Virus record (IMG/VR): IMGVR_UViG_3300032308_002092
Location: 1-64,000 of that record
Length of the DNA: 64,000 nucleotides
Origin: a virus
Reading direction: 5' to 3' (one strand)
Shown piece after piece: positions 9,632 through 19,837 of this stretch. The notes below the pieces were generated by a model. That model was not told the DNA's origin and did no database searches. It worked only from the letters and a program-made list of their open reading frames with translations. Position 1 is the stretch's first letter. Each line of letters opens with the position of its first letter. The translations under genes were made by a program, and so were the position numbers.

Positions 9632-10234
9632 ATGTCTGAGATTTCACTGAAAAGTCAATACCTTGAGGGAGCCACGGGTTTAACCCAAAAGTTGGCGGAC
9701 GCCTTTGAGCTCGGCAGAAGGTTCATTAGACCCCAATTTGATGACGTCCCTTTCAAGGACGCCGTAGCAGTGTCTACGACTTCGCCACACTTCACTATTT
9801 CAAACTCTGGTAGCAATACCTTGCTGTTAGCTGGCTACACCGTGCGTTATGATAACGCGGGTACTGAAGTAGAGCGCATAGTTGCTAGTCCACTGGTTGC
9901 TGGCTCTACATTTGACGTAACAGTAGCTCCTCCTGCTGCGGTTACCGGCAAGTCTCTACGCTACTCTAGCCCTAGACCTGCTGGCTACACCACTCTAGCC
10001 AATGAGCTTACCTCTGCAGCTGCTGCTGGCAAGACCTCATTCTCTGTATCCATCGAGACTTCCGACAACCCTTCCTACCTGCGCCTACAAGGCCACTATA
10101 TGAACGCTTACTTCGCGGGTATTGAGTACGCTCTAGGTAAGGAAGGCATCTTCCCCACTTACGAGGTCAAGTTGACGTTGGACACCTCTGATACACTTGC
10201 TACCAAGGTTAAGTTCGCTTTCACATTCTGCTAA
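9632..10234 (+). CDS. Hypothetical beta-rich protein, possibly virion-associated
   Basis: Own promoter and RBS; A/T/S-rich composition. Confidence 0.75.
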   Translation: MSEISLKSQYLEGATGLTQKLADAFELGRRFIRPQFDDVPFKDAVAVSTTSPHFTISNSGSNTLLLAGYTVRYDNAGTEVERIVASPLVAGSTFDVTVAPPAAVTGKSLRYSSPRPAGYTTLANELTSAAAAGKTSFSVSIETSDNPSYLRLQGHYMNAYFAGIEYALGKEGIFPTYEVKLTLDTSDTLATKVKFAFTFC

Positions 10235-10249
10235 TGTCTTGCCCTGATC

Positions 10250-10260
10250 TGGTATAAATA
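10250..10260 (+). promoter_or_regulatory. Putative promoter TGGTATAAATA
   Basis: Same motif family; contains TATAAATA. Confidence 0.55.
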
Positions 10261-10263
10261 TTC

Positions 10264-10602
10264 TTGCGACGAATCACGGGAGGAACATGCGTGAAATGGT
10301 CTGAGCAGCAAGAATTATTCCAAAGTATGGTAAACGAAGAGAAGCTACTACTTGAGAACAAGGGTAGGGAGTACTCATCAGATACCGACTCTCTGGCCAA
10401 TTTCAAGACCAAGGCTGACATTGGTCTAACTCCAATGCAGGTAGCGATGGTGTTCATGGACAAGCACTACTCATCCATCAAATCGTACGTAAAGAACGGC
10501 AAGGAACTCTCCAGCGAGAGTATCGAGGGTAGAATCGCAGACATGCGTAACTACCTATTCCTTTTAGCTGCTCTCATCAAAGAGAAGAAGTCAGGAGAAT
10601 AA
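10264..10602 (+). CDS. DUF1599/nucleotide-modification-associated all-alpha (MazG-like) protein
   Basis: K..EYS....LANFK, KH, ESIEGRIADMRNYLFL pattern; true start probably the GTG near 10291 after GGAGG. Confidence 0.65.
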   Translation: MRRITGGTCVKWSEQQELFQSMVNEEKLLLENKGREYSSDTDSLANFKTKADIGLTPMQVAMVFMDKHYSSIKSYVKNGKELSSESIEGRIADMRNYLFLLAALIKEKKSGE

Positions 10603-12198
10603 ATGGCTGTAGACAAGAAGACTCAGATACTTCGAAAGTATGCTGCCACGGCCAAGAAGCTTAGGCGCGATCCTAAGATGTCTGACCTGAAGGCAATTGG
10701 CGTAACCAAGGATATGGTCACACACCACTTCAATTCTCTAGGCTCCCTCAATCTTGCTGCACGAGAAGCTCACCCCGACAGTTTCTTCGACGTATCTATC
10801 GACTCCATCTACTCCAACAAGGCTCTAACAAATCTGCGCACAGAGGTGTCTAAGAACAAGCGGTTCGTGGTAACAACTGCGGTTACTGGGTGTAAGGTAA
10901 GTGATAATTTCTACGCGTCTATTAAAAACTACTGCAAAGTAAACGATGCTTGCCTCCTGATTCTAACTGCATCCGACCCAGCCAGCTCAGTAACTGCCTC
11001 CAGCTTTGGCATGATCGATACCAAGCTGCAGAACGAGACTATTGTGTTCGAGGACACGAAGCTAAACTCCAACGTGTTTCTGTCTACGATCAAGATGTCG
11101 GCCAAGCACATCGATCCCATCACTGGACTATCCAGAATCGGTCAGCGTAACGGTACGTTCCTGTACGCTTCTCCAAAGCAAAGACTGCAGGCAGTAGCGG
11201 TAGGTAACAATAAACTCCCTCACTTCCTCATGACTACTGGTGCCATCACAGAACCCAACTACAAGACCGAGCGGTATATGTCAGACCGCACCGCCTACAT
11301 CGCAAACAACGACCACGTCATGGGTGCGGTGATAGTAGAGATACAAGACGACGAGATCTTCTTCTTCCGTCAGGTGCAGGCAAATGCCAAAGGCGAGTTC
11401 CCGGATCTTGGCGTGATGTACACTCCTAGCTCTTCTAAGCCTTACGCGCCTTCTGCTTTCGTCCTAGGTGACTGGCACTCTGGATCTACTGACCCAGATG
11501 CTAGATCCTGCTGGGAAGAAGTGATCCAGACGCTCAAGCCCAACATGGTCGTCTTACACGACTTATTCGACGGTAGGTCCATCAGCCACCACGAAGAGAA
11601 GGACATCGTACTCAGGTCGCAGCGCGCTGGACGCGACGAGCTCTCACTAGAGCTAGAGCTGCAGGGAGTAGCACAAGATCTGCAAGACCTATCTGAGATC
11701 ACCAACAAGCTCATCGTAGTAAAGTCCAACCACGACCTCTTCCTAGAGCGCTACCTCAGAGAAGGTAGGTACGTCAAGGACCCATTCAACCACAGACTAT
11801 GCCTGATCCTCGCACTAGACCTTATTGATGGTAACGACCCACTCAAGTCTGGAGTGGAAGTGTTTCTCGACAAGAAGGTCTCTGATAAGATATCGTGGCT
11901 CGGCATGGACGAAGATTTCAAGATCGCAGGTGTTCAGCTAGGCGCGCATGGACATGCAGGATCAAATGGATCCAAAGGCTCACTCCCTGCCATGGAACAT
12001 GCTTACGGCAACTCCATCACTGGACACACGCACACACCTAGTATCCTCAGAGGCGCGTGGCAAGTAGGTACTAGCTCGTATCTGAAACTAAGCTACGTCA
12101 AGGGCTCTAGCTCCTGGCTACACAGTTCGTGCTTGCTCTATCCCAATGGATCTAGACAACTGATCAATTGCATTGATGGCAACTGGCGCCTCAAATAA
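10603..12198 (+). CDS. T5 A1-like metallophosphoesterase/nuclease
   Basis: TTGAITEPNY...GAVIVE segment as in the A1 family; calcineurin-like motifs GDWH, HDLFDG, SNHD, HGH, GHTH. Confidence 0.75.
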   Translation: MAVDKKTQILRKYAATAKKLRRDPKMSDLKAIGVTKDMVTHHFNSLGSLNLAAREAHPDSFFDVSIDSIYSNKALTNLRTEVSKNKRFVVTTAVTGCKVSDNFYASIKNYCKVNDACLLILTASDPASSVTASSFGMIDTKLQNETIVFEDTKLNSNVFLSTIKMSAKHIDPITGLSRIGQRNGTFLYASPKQRLQAVAVGNNKLPHFLMTTGAITEPNYKTERYMSDRTAYIANNDHVMGAVIVEIQDDEIFFFRQVQANAKGEFPDLGVMYTPSSSKPYAPSAFVLGDWHSGSTDPDARSCWEEVIQTLKPNMVVLHDLFDGRSISHHEEKDIVLRSQRAGRDELSLELELQGVAQDLQDLSEITNKLIVVKSNHDLFLERYLREGRYVKDPFNHRLCLILALDLIDGNDPLKSGVEVFLDKKVSDKISWLGMDEDFKIAGVQLGAHGHAGSNGSKGSLPAMEHAYGNSITGHTHTPSILRGAWQVGTSSYLKLSYVKGSSSWLHSSCLLYPNGSRQLINCIDGNWRLK

Positions 12199-12205
12199 TC
12201 CCTCC

Positions 12206-12212
12206 GTATAAT
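12206..12212 (+). promoter_or_regulatory. Putative promoter -10 GTATAAT
   Basis: Intergenic, upstream of the polymerase RBS. Confidence 0.55.
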
Positions 12213-12246
12213 CTCAATATCAGAAACCCCAATCCTGGAGAAAACA

Positions 12247-15200
12247 GTGATTGCATTACTTTACCATGACGTCGAGACGACAGGTCTCGATTCTCGCCTC
12301 AACGATGTCATTCAGCTTGCTTGCATCCCAGTAATCAACGGTGTAGAGCAGAAGCACTTCAATGAGTTCTGTCAGCCGCTGAACTACGAGACCGTAGAGC
12401 AAGGCGCCATAGATGCCCACGGCATCACCGTTCAGAAGATGAAGACGTTTCAACTCCAGTCAGAGATGATCAAGTCTTTCGTGGCCTACCTCAAGCAGTT
12501 CAACTGCAACTTCGTCATGGCTGGCTTCAACATCAACTTCGACCGTAAGTTCCTAGGCGCCCTATTCCAAAAGCATGGGTTCAACGAGGAGTACCGAGAG
12601 TTCTTCTCCAACAACGTGCACGACGTGTACACTCGCGCCAAGCTACTCAAGTCCCAGAAGAAGATTGCCTCTGCTAAACTGGGTGTAGTGGCCGAGTACC
12701 TAGGTGTCACCCTAGACAACGCCCACGACGCGCTCAATGACATCAGGGCTACTATAGAAGTAGACGAGAAACTATCTGACCTTCTTGGCGAGCATCAGAT
12801 GGAGACCAACTCCTCTGTTGTCCTACCTGACTTCGACGTATCAGAGCCTCCTGCGCTACACCTCCACTCCGAGTACTCCGTCTACGACTCTGCAACTACC
12901 TCCGCACAGTGGCTCAAGTGGGCACAGAAGAACAAGGTCTCTGGAGTTGCGTTCCCGGACCACGTCTATGCTACTAGCTTATTCACCTCGGTCAACCCAC
13001 CGATGAACAAAGAGACGAAACAACCCCTGTACCCAGACGTAACGATGGTGCCAGCTATATCCATATGGGTCAGGGACAACGGCCTAGAGTACACCCTCAA
13101 CGCTTGGGCCACTAGCAACACCGGCTACCGCAATCTGATGAAGCTCTCTTCGCTGGGTTGGACCAACCCATACTCACTAGATGGCGACAAGAAAGTAGCG
13201 CCGTGCGTAGACCTAGAGACACTCAGCTCCCACAACGAAGACGTAGTGTTCGGCTCTGCTTGCGACAAAGGACTGCTGAGCGCCATACTGGACAGCACCA
13301 TGGACTTCGATTCTGCGGTCAAGTACGTGACGCATCTGTCCACTAATTTTTCGCTCATGTTCGAGCTACTCACGCTAGATATCAACAAGTACTACAGCCA
13401 GGTGTACGGTATGACAGCCTACAACAAGCCAGCTCTGTCGCCGTATCAGAACAGAGCCAAGGCTATAAACAATCTGGCTTGGTCGCTCTCGAAGCGAAGC
13501 ACCATCAGGTGTATCGTCTCTTCTGCGGCACACTTCATCGACGAGTCCGAGAAGATCGTCCAGGACTGCAAGATGAAGAACTCGTTCAAGGACGAGAGAT
13601 ACTTCTGGGAGTCCCGCCACCAGCGCAGTGCCAAGGAGCAGTACGCCATACTGGCATCCCACATAGAGGGATTCTCTTTGGGTTCTTGGATTGCACTCTG
13701 CAACAACGCCCAAGACATCGTAGAAGCGGCCAAATCAATCAAGATAAAGCACGACTACTTGCTACCAAAGATCGAGATCCCAGATGATATCAGATCTAAG
13801 ACCGACGACTATGATAAGCAACTGTATTACTTGACCATGAAGAAAGTTGTAGAGCACGGCAGGTGGAATGAAGATCCTACCTACGTAGCTCGCTTCAAGA
13901 AAGAGCTGGACGTGATCTGGAAGAACGACACCATGAACTTCCTCGCGTACTTCTTGCTGTACGAGGATATCGGCTCCTACGCTAGGTCACAGGGCGTTCT
14001 ACAAGGTCTTGCACGAGGATCTGCTGGTGGTAGTCTACTAAGCTACTACCTCAAGATCACCCACCTAGACCCAGTGAAGAACGATCTTCCATTCGAGCGA
14101 TTTCTCTCACATGCTCGAATCAAGGCAGGATCATTCCCTGACGTCGACTCTGACTTTGGAAACCGCACCCCTATCATCGCGTATCTGAAGAACAAGTACG
14201 GTCTAGGCTTCGCACAAGTAGGTACGTTCCTAAAGATGAAGGTGAAGTCGGCGATCAAGCAGGCGATGTTTGCACTGTACGGTAGACCATCAAACGACTT
14301 TGAGATCGCTAGACTCTGTGACCTCATCCCAGACTCTCCACAGGGACTAGATGAGTTCAAGTTCGTCTACGGCTACGTGGACAGCGAAGATGTATCCCAC
14401 AAAGGTGCAGTAGAGACAACACCAGAGCTGGCTAATTTCTTCAACCAGTACCCAGACTGTGAAGAGCTAGTAAAGAAGCTTCTAGGGCTACCAGCCTCAC
14501 TTGGCCGTCATGCTTCTGCGTTCGTGGTATCTACGGTTGATTTGTCTGATGGTCGGGTTCCAACGTTCTCCATTGACGACAACGATCTGGGCGCTATCCA
14601 AGTGGTACAACTAGACGGCGCGATGACTGAGAAGTCGGGTCTAGTCAAGGCGGATATCTTGGGCGTGACTACGATTCAAACCATCTCTGACTGCATTAAG
14701 CGCATAGGTAAGAGACATAGAGCAGATCTGCTAGAAGAAGACGACAAAGGCGTAGCACTCATATATCGCCTACCCGAAGATCCATCCGTGTACACTGATT
14801 TCTACAACAGGAAGACCGACTCCAGCTTCCAGTTCAACACGGATTTGATCAAGGGTTTTGTAAGAGACTTCGCGCCACAGTCAATCAAAGACCTCGCGGA
14901 CCTCACGGCCCTAGCTAGACCCGGTGCACTCGATGTCGAAGCGGCACCAGGTATCTCTGCGACCAAGCAGTACACCTTAGTGCGCAATGGTCAAGCTGAC
15001 CCAATATACGTCCACTCAGAGCTAGAGCCAATACTCAAAGAAACGTATGGGGTTGTAGCCTACCAAGAGCAGCTCATGAAGATCCTGGTAGATATTGCTG
15101 GCTACACTCTAGAGGAGTCTGACCAGATCCGCTCTGCCATCGCGAAGAAGAAGCGAGACGTGATGACCAAGGCTTTCGAGCGGATACGCGAAGCTACGGC

Positions 15201-16332
15201 CAAGCGTGGCTGGACACCAGTGCAAGCACAGGGACTTTGCGACGTCTTGACTGCATACTCTAACTATAGCTTTAACCGTAGTCACAGCTTCGCCTACGCT
15301 TCTCTCGGCTACATCACTATGTACCTCAAGCACCACTATCCGCTAGAGTGGTGGGCATCTGAACTCAACCTCTCCAACGAGGACAAGCTCCGTAAGTACA
15401 TGGGTGTGATCGGCAACCTCATCCAACCACCCAATCTCAAAGTCCCGTCCATGGAGTGGGAGATAGTTGACGACAAGATCTCTGCGCCGCTTACTTCCGT
15501 GAAGGGCATCGGCGAGAAACCAGTCAAGCAACTGATGGTGAATGCACCGTATGAATCCTTCGAGGAGTTGCTGAACACCAACGAGGGCCGCATCTTTCAC
15601 ATAGGTTCGTTCTCTGCCTGTCTCAAGGCCAGAGCCACTGATTGCTTCCTGGACCCATCACTACCCTACAAAGAAGCGAAGAAGAAACTGGTCTCTGCTT
15701 TCTTCGCTGCTCGCGGTAAGGATCCACGCCTAGTTGACAACGTACACAAGCGCAACGACATCAAGAAGAAGCAAGTAAAGCAGAAAGCGTTCGATCCGAT
15801 ATTCGAGGAGTCAGACCCTTTCAAGCTGTACCTTATGGAGCGAGAGGTATCCAAGGTCTTCTCGAAGTCTTTGCTGTCGGACGGTATGATTCGTGGCTGG
15901 CTTGAGTCTAACCTTGCAGCACTCAAACCAACCGGTAAGTCTCCGCTGCCGTACGTTATGGGGGAAGATCAAACGCCATTTCTCAGGGACGTGGATGTGA
16001 TGGCCAGACTACTAGAGAAGAATCCAGATATGGACAACTCGTTCTACGGGATCTTCCTGTTTCAGGGTTCAAGTGGAAAGAGTGGCACTTCAAAGAAATC
16101 TGGCAGACCATGGCAGAAATTGGAAGTAGAACTATCAGACGGAGTTAGAACTATCTATTGTACCATTTGGGACACAGATAAGCCGTTGAGATGGAACGTA
16201 GATATGCCAGTTATAGTCTATGGAAAGCTAGCACTAGACTGGCGCTCTAGGCCAACACTAGTTATTAAAAGTATCGAGAAGATAGAAGATATTATTTTTA
16301 GGAGAAAGAATGACAAAGTTCGTAATATCTAA
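12247..16332 (+). CDS. dnaE: DNA polymerase III alpha (family C) with N-terminal DnaQ-type 3'-5' exonuclease
   Basis: DVETTG...HDALNDI DEDDh domain; LHLHSEYS PHP; RGSAGGSL, FERFL, PDVDSDF, KADILG, YSFNRSH; C-terminal OB fold. Confidence 0.95.
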   Translation: MIALLYHDVETTGLDSRLNDVIQLACIPVINGVEQKHFNEFCQPLNYETVEQGAIDAHGITVQKMKTFQLQSEMIKSFVAYLKQFNCNFVMAGFNINFDRKFLGALFQKHGFNEEYREFFSNNVHDVYTRAKLLKSQKKIASAKLGVVAEYLGVTLDNAHDALNDIRATIEVDEKLSDLLGEHQMETNSSVVLPDFDVSEPPALHLHSEYSVYDSATTSAQWLKWAQKNKVSGVAFPDHVYATSLFTSVNPPMNKETKQPLYPDVTMVPAISIWVRDNGLEYTLNAWATSNTGYRNLMKLSSLGWTNPYSLDGDKKVAPCVDLETLSSHNEDVVFGSACDKGLLSAILDSTMDFDSAVKYVTHLSTNFSLMFELLTLDINKYYSQVYGMTAYNKPALSPYQNRAKAINNLAWSLSKRSTIRCIVSSAAHFIDESEKIVQDCKMKNSFKDERYFWESRHQRSAKEQYAILASHIEGFSLGSWIALCNNAQDIVEAAKSIKIKHDYLLPKIEIPDDIRSKTDDYDKQLYYLTMKKVVEHGRWNEDPTYVARFKKELDVIWKNDTMNFLAYFLLYEDIGSYARSQGVLQGLARGSAGGSLLSYYLKITHLDPVKNDLPFERFLSHARIKAGSFPDVDSDFGNRTPIIAYLKNKYGLGFAQVGTFLKMKVKSAIKQAMFALYGRPSNDFEIARLCDLIPDSPQGLDEFKFVYGYVDSEDVSHKGAVETTPELANFFNQYPDCEELVKKLLGLPASLGRHASAFVVSTVDLSDGRVPTFSIDDNDLGAIQVVQLDGAMTEKSGLVKADILGVTTIQTISDCIKRIGKRHRADLLEEDDKGVALIYRLPEDPSVYTDFYNRKTDSSFQFNTDLIKGFVRDFAPQSIKDLADLTALARPGALDVEAAPGISATKQYTLVRNGQADPIYVHSELEPILKETYGVVAYQEQLMKILVDIAGYTLEESDQIRSAIAKKKRDVMTKAFERIREATAKRGWTPVQAQGLCDVLTAYSNYSFNRSHSFAYASLGYITMYLKHHYPLEWWASELNLSNEDKLRKYMGVIGNLIQPPNLKVPSMEWEIVDDKISAPLTSVKGIGEKPVKQLMVNAPYESFEELLNTNEGRIFHIGSFSACLKARATDCFLDPSLPYKEAKKKLVSAFFAARGKDPRLVDNVHKRNDIKKKQVKQKAFDPIFEESDPFKLYLMEREVSKVFSKSLLSDGMIRGWLESNLAALKPTGKSPLPYVMGEDQTPFLRDVDVMARLLEKNPDMDNSFYGIFLFQGSSGKSGTSKKSGRPWQKLEVELSDGVRTIYCTIWDTDKPLRWNVDMPVIVYGKLALDWRSRPTLVIKSIEKIEDIIFRRKNDKVRNI

Positions 16333-16864
16333 AGAAGTCCCAGCGGAGCTGTCCAACTATGAGATGAGGATAGATCCACCAACGCTTCTACAAGAAGTGC
16401 AGAACTGCTGGAACCACAGACCGGTAAATGGCTTGACTGGCCCAAACTGGCTTAGGCAGATCGCTAACGAGATCACAAAGTGGGATAAGAGCTTCAACCC
16501 ATATCGTACTATCACCCCAAGCGAGTTCCAGGGTATCCCATACTCTACCCCAGAAGAAGTAGCGGCTATCGTACTTAGGATGGTAACAGAGCGATACCCT
16601 GGCCTCACCGACGCTTGGGTCGAGCACTGCATAAAGCACAAGCCGCCGTTCACGAAGCTGATCTGGTTCACTGGTGACTTCAAGCAGACAAGTAAGTTCT
16701 CTGCTAATTTCGTCGACCAAATTGATTTGTCTGAGGTAGACGAGTACATGGGTCGCCACGCCGTCAAGAAGCCAACTGGGATGCCGCTAGGCAAAGGCAC
16801 TAAGGGTAAGCAAGAGAAGACCATCCAACAAGTAGATGAGCTCACGCTGTCGCTAGAAGATTAA
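16310..16864 (+). CDS. Hypothetical protein
   Basis: AGGAG RBS overlapping the dnaE end. Confidence 0.75.
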   Translation: MTKFVISKEVPAELSNYEMRIDPPTLLQEVQNCWNHRPVNGLTGPNWLRQIANEITKWDKSFNPYRTITPSEFQGIPYSTPEEVAAIVLRMVTERYPGLTDAWVEHCIKHKPPFTKLIWFTGDFKQTSKFSANFVDQIDLSEVDEYMGRHAVKKPTGMPLGKGTKGKQEKTIQQVDELTLSLED

Positions 16865-16883
16865 CCCTGCAAGATATATCAAT

Positions 16884-16893
16884 GGGTATAAAT
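16884..16893 (+). promoter_or_regulatory. Putative promoter GGGTATAAAT
   Basis: Motif family member upstream of the SSB gene. Confidence 0.55.
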
Positions 16894-16896
16894 ACG

Positions 16897-16927
16897 TACG
16901 AAGAGAATTTCCTCTTCGTATTTTTTT
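16897..16927 (+). terminator. Intrinsic terminator-like hairpin
   Basis: TACGAAGAG-aatttc-CTCTTCGTA 9-bp stem followed by T7. Confidence 0.75.
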
Positions 16928-16939
16928 ATTGGAGTCAAT

Positions 16940-18016
16940 ATGACACGAGCAAAGACAGCACTGAACGTACGCGCATTCGAAGACAAGCGAGAGATGACAC
17001 GCCACAAAGTAAACTCAGGTGAAAACATCTATCGAATCCTCCCTCCATTTGGGGAGCAAGCAGATGGCTATCCCTACAAGCGATGGACACTGGCTTGGCT
17101 TCTAGATCCTTCAACCGGTAACCGTCGACCATTCGCGTCGCCATGGTCGTTCGGTCACGAAGCATGCCCAATCGGCGAGTATGTGCGTCAACTCCAAGAC
17201 AAGAAAGAAAGCATCGAGCAGAAGCTTGCTGCTACAATGGAAAAGGATGAGATCAAGGAAAAAGTCAAGTCTATTACGGAAACCATCAACGCAGTCAAGG
17301 CTAAGTCGACCTTCTTCTACAACGCAGCCAATAAGTCAGGTCAAGTAGGTGTTCTGGAACTCAAGAAATCTGCTCACGACGCTCTCAAGAAGGTCTACAC
17401 TGGGTATATCTCGGACTACAGTTTCGACCCTACCTCGCTCAACTCAGACCAAGATGACTCTGGCGTATGGGTCAAGATCTCTCGTACCGGATCCGGCATG
17501 AGCACCGAGTATGCGGTAGAAAAGAACCAGAACAAGGTCAAGAACAAAGAGACAGGCAAGATCTCGTTCGAAGACGATCAGTCCGAGCTTCCAGCTGGAA
17601 TAGTAGACAACTACGATTCCATGGCTACTGACCTATTCAAGTTGTATCGAGAAGTTTCCTACGACGATCTCAAGGACATATTGCTCTTCAACCTAGCGCA
17701 GCTCCATTCTTCTTTCGTCAAGGATCTGGGTGAGAAAGCAGCAAACCTAATCCTCGTCCCAGGATTCGAGTTTGACCACCTACTCGATGAGGAGCCAGCA
17801 CCTAAGACAGCACCTAAGCCGCAACCACAAGCTGCACCTAAGGCTAAGGCTATGCCTAAGTTTGACGACGAAGAGGAAGAAGAACAACCACGCCGCACAT
17901 CTAGACCTGCTGCAGTGCTTGTATCAGATGAAGATCTCGATATCCAAGTTAAACCAACCAAGAAGACGCTCAGTAAGTCTAGCGTATTTGATCTCGCAGA
18001 GGACATCTTGAGCTAA
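16940..18016 (+). CDS. T4 gp32-like single-stranded DNA-binding protein
   Basis: G.N.YRILPP, CPI.E, DP....G....I.R.G.G..TEY pattern; acidic disordered C-tail; upstream of UvsY-like and RecA genes. Confidence 0.75.
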   Translation: MTRAKTALNVRAFEDKREMTRHKVNSGENIYRILPPFGEQADGYPYKRWTLAWLLDPSTGNRRPFASPWSFGHEACPIGEYVRQLQDKKESIEQKLAATMEKDEIKEKVKSITETINAVKAKSTFFYNAANKSGQVGVLELKKSAHDALKKVYTGYISDYSFDPTSLNSDQDDSGVWVKISRTGSGMSTEYAVEKNQNKVKNKETGKISFEDDQSELPAGIVDNYDSMATDLFKLYREVSYDDLKDILLFNLAQLHSSFVKDLGEKAANLILVPGFEFDHLLDEEPAPKTAPKPQPQAAPKAKAMPKFDDEEEEEQPRRTSRPAAVLVSDEDLDIQVKPTKKTLSKSSVFDLAEDILS

Positions 18017-18026
18017 GGGGATAACC

Positions 18027-18503
18027 ATGTCTGCTCTGATACCTTTAGAGGACATAGAGTCTCGACTAGACTCTATCGATATAAATAAGCTAAACGACTA
18101 CGTACGTAAGCTACAAAACATAGATCAGGGTCACAACAAGAACCTCGCGCCAGGGATGATGCGAGACTTCATCGTGGCTCAGGATATAGCATCTGTATTG
18201 CTTGCTCGTGCCGTCCAAGCAGAGATGCTCGCTAAGTCCGCGGTAGAGACAGCAGAGGCTATCGCTACCCTAGACAAGGCGGACGATTACTTCTCAGCCA
18301 AGAACCAGAAGGCTACAGACAAGATGCGACAGGCTTATGTAGCACTAGACCCAGACGTCAAGCAAGCCAAGGAACTACATGCTAGGTCGGTAGCTATAGT
18401 TACCCTGGTGAAGAATAGAGTGTATGAATTCAAGTCGGGTTACGAAGCGGTGAAGCAGTTGTGTAGAGATACCCAGCAGACCCCATGGGAGGGGATTGGG
18501 TGA
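18027..18503 (+). CDS. UvsY-like recombination mediator
   Basis: Helical, YVALDPDV motif, located between SSB and RecA. Confidence 0.5.
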   Translation: MSALIPLEDIESRLDSIDINKLNDYVRKLQNIDQGHNKNLAPGMMRDFIVAQDIASVLLARAVQAEMLAKSAVETAEAIATLDKADDYFSAKNQKATDKMRQAYVALDPDVKQAKELHARSVAIVTLVKNRVYEFKSGYEAVKQLCRDTQQTPWEGIG

Positions 18504-18539
18504 TTAGTGTTCATGAAAATAAAATAAAGGAGAACTACA

Positions 18540-19640
18540 ATGACAAACAAGTGGATGAGTAAACTTACACGTGAGTTCGGCACACAGGCGTCAGAACTCA
18601 AACAGCCCAAGTGGGCTCCAGTGCCGTTACCGTCGCCTTCACTGAATTGGGCAACTACAGCCGGCGGTTTCACACCAGGCAAGGTGACGATAGCTTACGG
18701 ACCAGAGTCAAGCGGTAAGTCAATGATCTGCATGATGGCTATTGCCGAGCTGCAGAAACGCGACTCAGAAGCTATCGCTATCTGGTTCGACGCTGAGTAT
18801 AGCTTTAATGCAACTATGTTCGAGAAGGTAGGCGGCGATCCAAGCAGGTTGGTTGTTCGTAAGTCTAATGACCCCCTGAAGATCTTCGACTACATCGGCG
18901 GCGAGATGCTAGAGATGCTACAGGACGGAGCTCCGATCAAGGCTATCGTGATCGACTCCATCAAGTCTATTAGGTATCCAAAGGATGTCAGGAAGCAGAC
19001 TACTGATCAAATTATGGGTGGCTCTGGTTCACAGTACCTCGGTAGTGCTCTCAAGCTCGTCATCCCAGTTATTGCCGAGTACGGACTACTGGGTATGTTT
19101 ATCCAACAAGTCACGGCGCAGCTCGATCCGATGAAGGCTCTGCGTAATCCGTACGTGATCAGTGAGGGTCACGCGCTCAAGCACGCAGCCGACCTCATGC
19201 TCGAGATTACCAGGGTCGACTCTAAGAAGGGTGTTCTAGAGCACGGCGAAACTATCTCTGGTGCTGCTGCTCAAGTAGGCCATATGGTCAGGGTCAAAGT
19301 GAAGAAGAATCGTCTCGGTGCACCAGCGCGTCAGGCACAGTTCATGTTCCACTACGACAAAGGTGTGATCAACCAAGGTGAAGAGATATACGATCTGGCC
19401 AAATCATTGGGTGTGATCTATCACCCCAAGAACCCAGAGACAGGCAAGGAGAACACCATGATGTGGCAGTTCAGCAATCTGCCACCAGTGCGTGGTGAGC
19501 CTGCTATGAAGCAGATGGTCACATCAGACAAAGCCCTGCAGAACAAGATACTAGAGGCCTGCTATGCTTATGCTGATGTCCCTGCTGTTACTGACGCGGA
19601 TGGCTTTGTCTCAGACCTCTCCGACGAGGAACTCATCTGA
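18540..19640 (+). CDS. recA: RecA/UvsX recombinase
   Basis: YGPESSGKS, WFDAEY, IVIDSI, GHALKH, KVKKNR. Confidence 0.95.
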   Translation: MTNKWMSKLTREFGTQASELKQPKWAPVPLPSPSLNWATTAGGFTPGKVTIAYGPESSGKSMICMMAIAELQKRDSEAIAIWFDAEYSFNATMFEKVGGDPSRLVVRKSNDPLKIFDYIGGEMLEMLQDGAPIKAIVIDSIKSIRYPKDVRKQTTDQIMGGSGSQYLGSALKLVIPVIAEYGLLGMFIQQVTAQLDPMKALRNPYVISEGHALKHAADLMLEITRVDSKKGVLEHGETISGAAAQVGHMVRVKVKKNRLGAPARQAQFMFHYDKGVINQGEEIYDLAKSLGVIYHPKNPETGKENTMMWQFSNLPPVRGEPAMKQMVTSDKALQNKILEACYAYADVPAVTDADGFVSDLSDEELI

Positions 19641-19837
19641 TGCAGACTAGAAGACAGAGTGTCTACGAGGCTTGGACCAACACGATACTCGGGTTGGCCA
19701 TCAGCCAAGGGGTGCTCATGTTGTTCGAAGTGCCTGCGGGTAAGGCTGCGATTATGGCCATAGTGATGGTCTTCATCTCTACGCTTAGAAACTATATGGT
19801 TAGAAGGGTTTTCAATAGGATGAGCACAGATGTCTAA
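19640..19837 (+). CDS. Small two-TM phage membrane protein
   Basis: MQTRRQS.YEAWTN...R.Y.VRR.FN pattern common in phages; translational coupling. Confidence 0.7.
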   Translation: MQTRRQSVYEAWTNTILGLAISQGVLMLFEVPAGKAAIMAIVMVFISTLRNYMVRRVFNRMSTDV

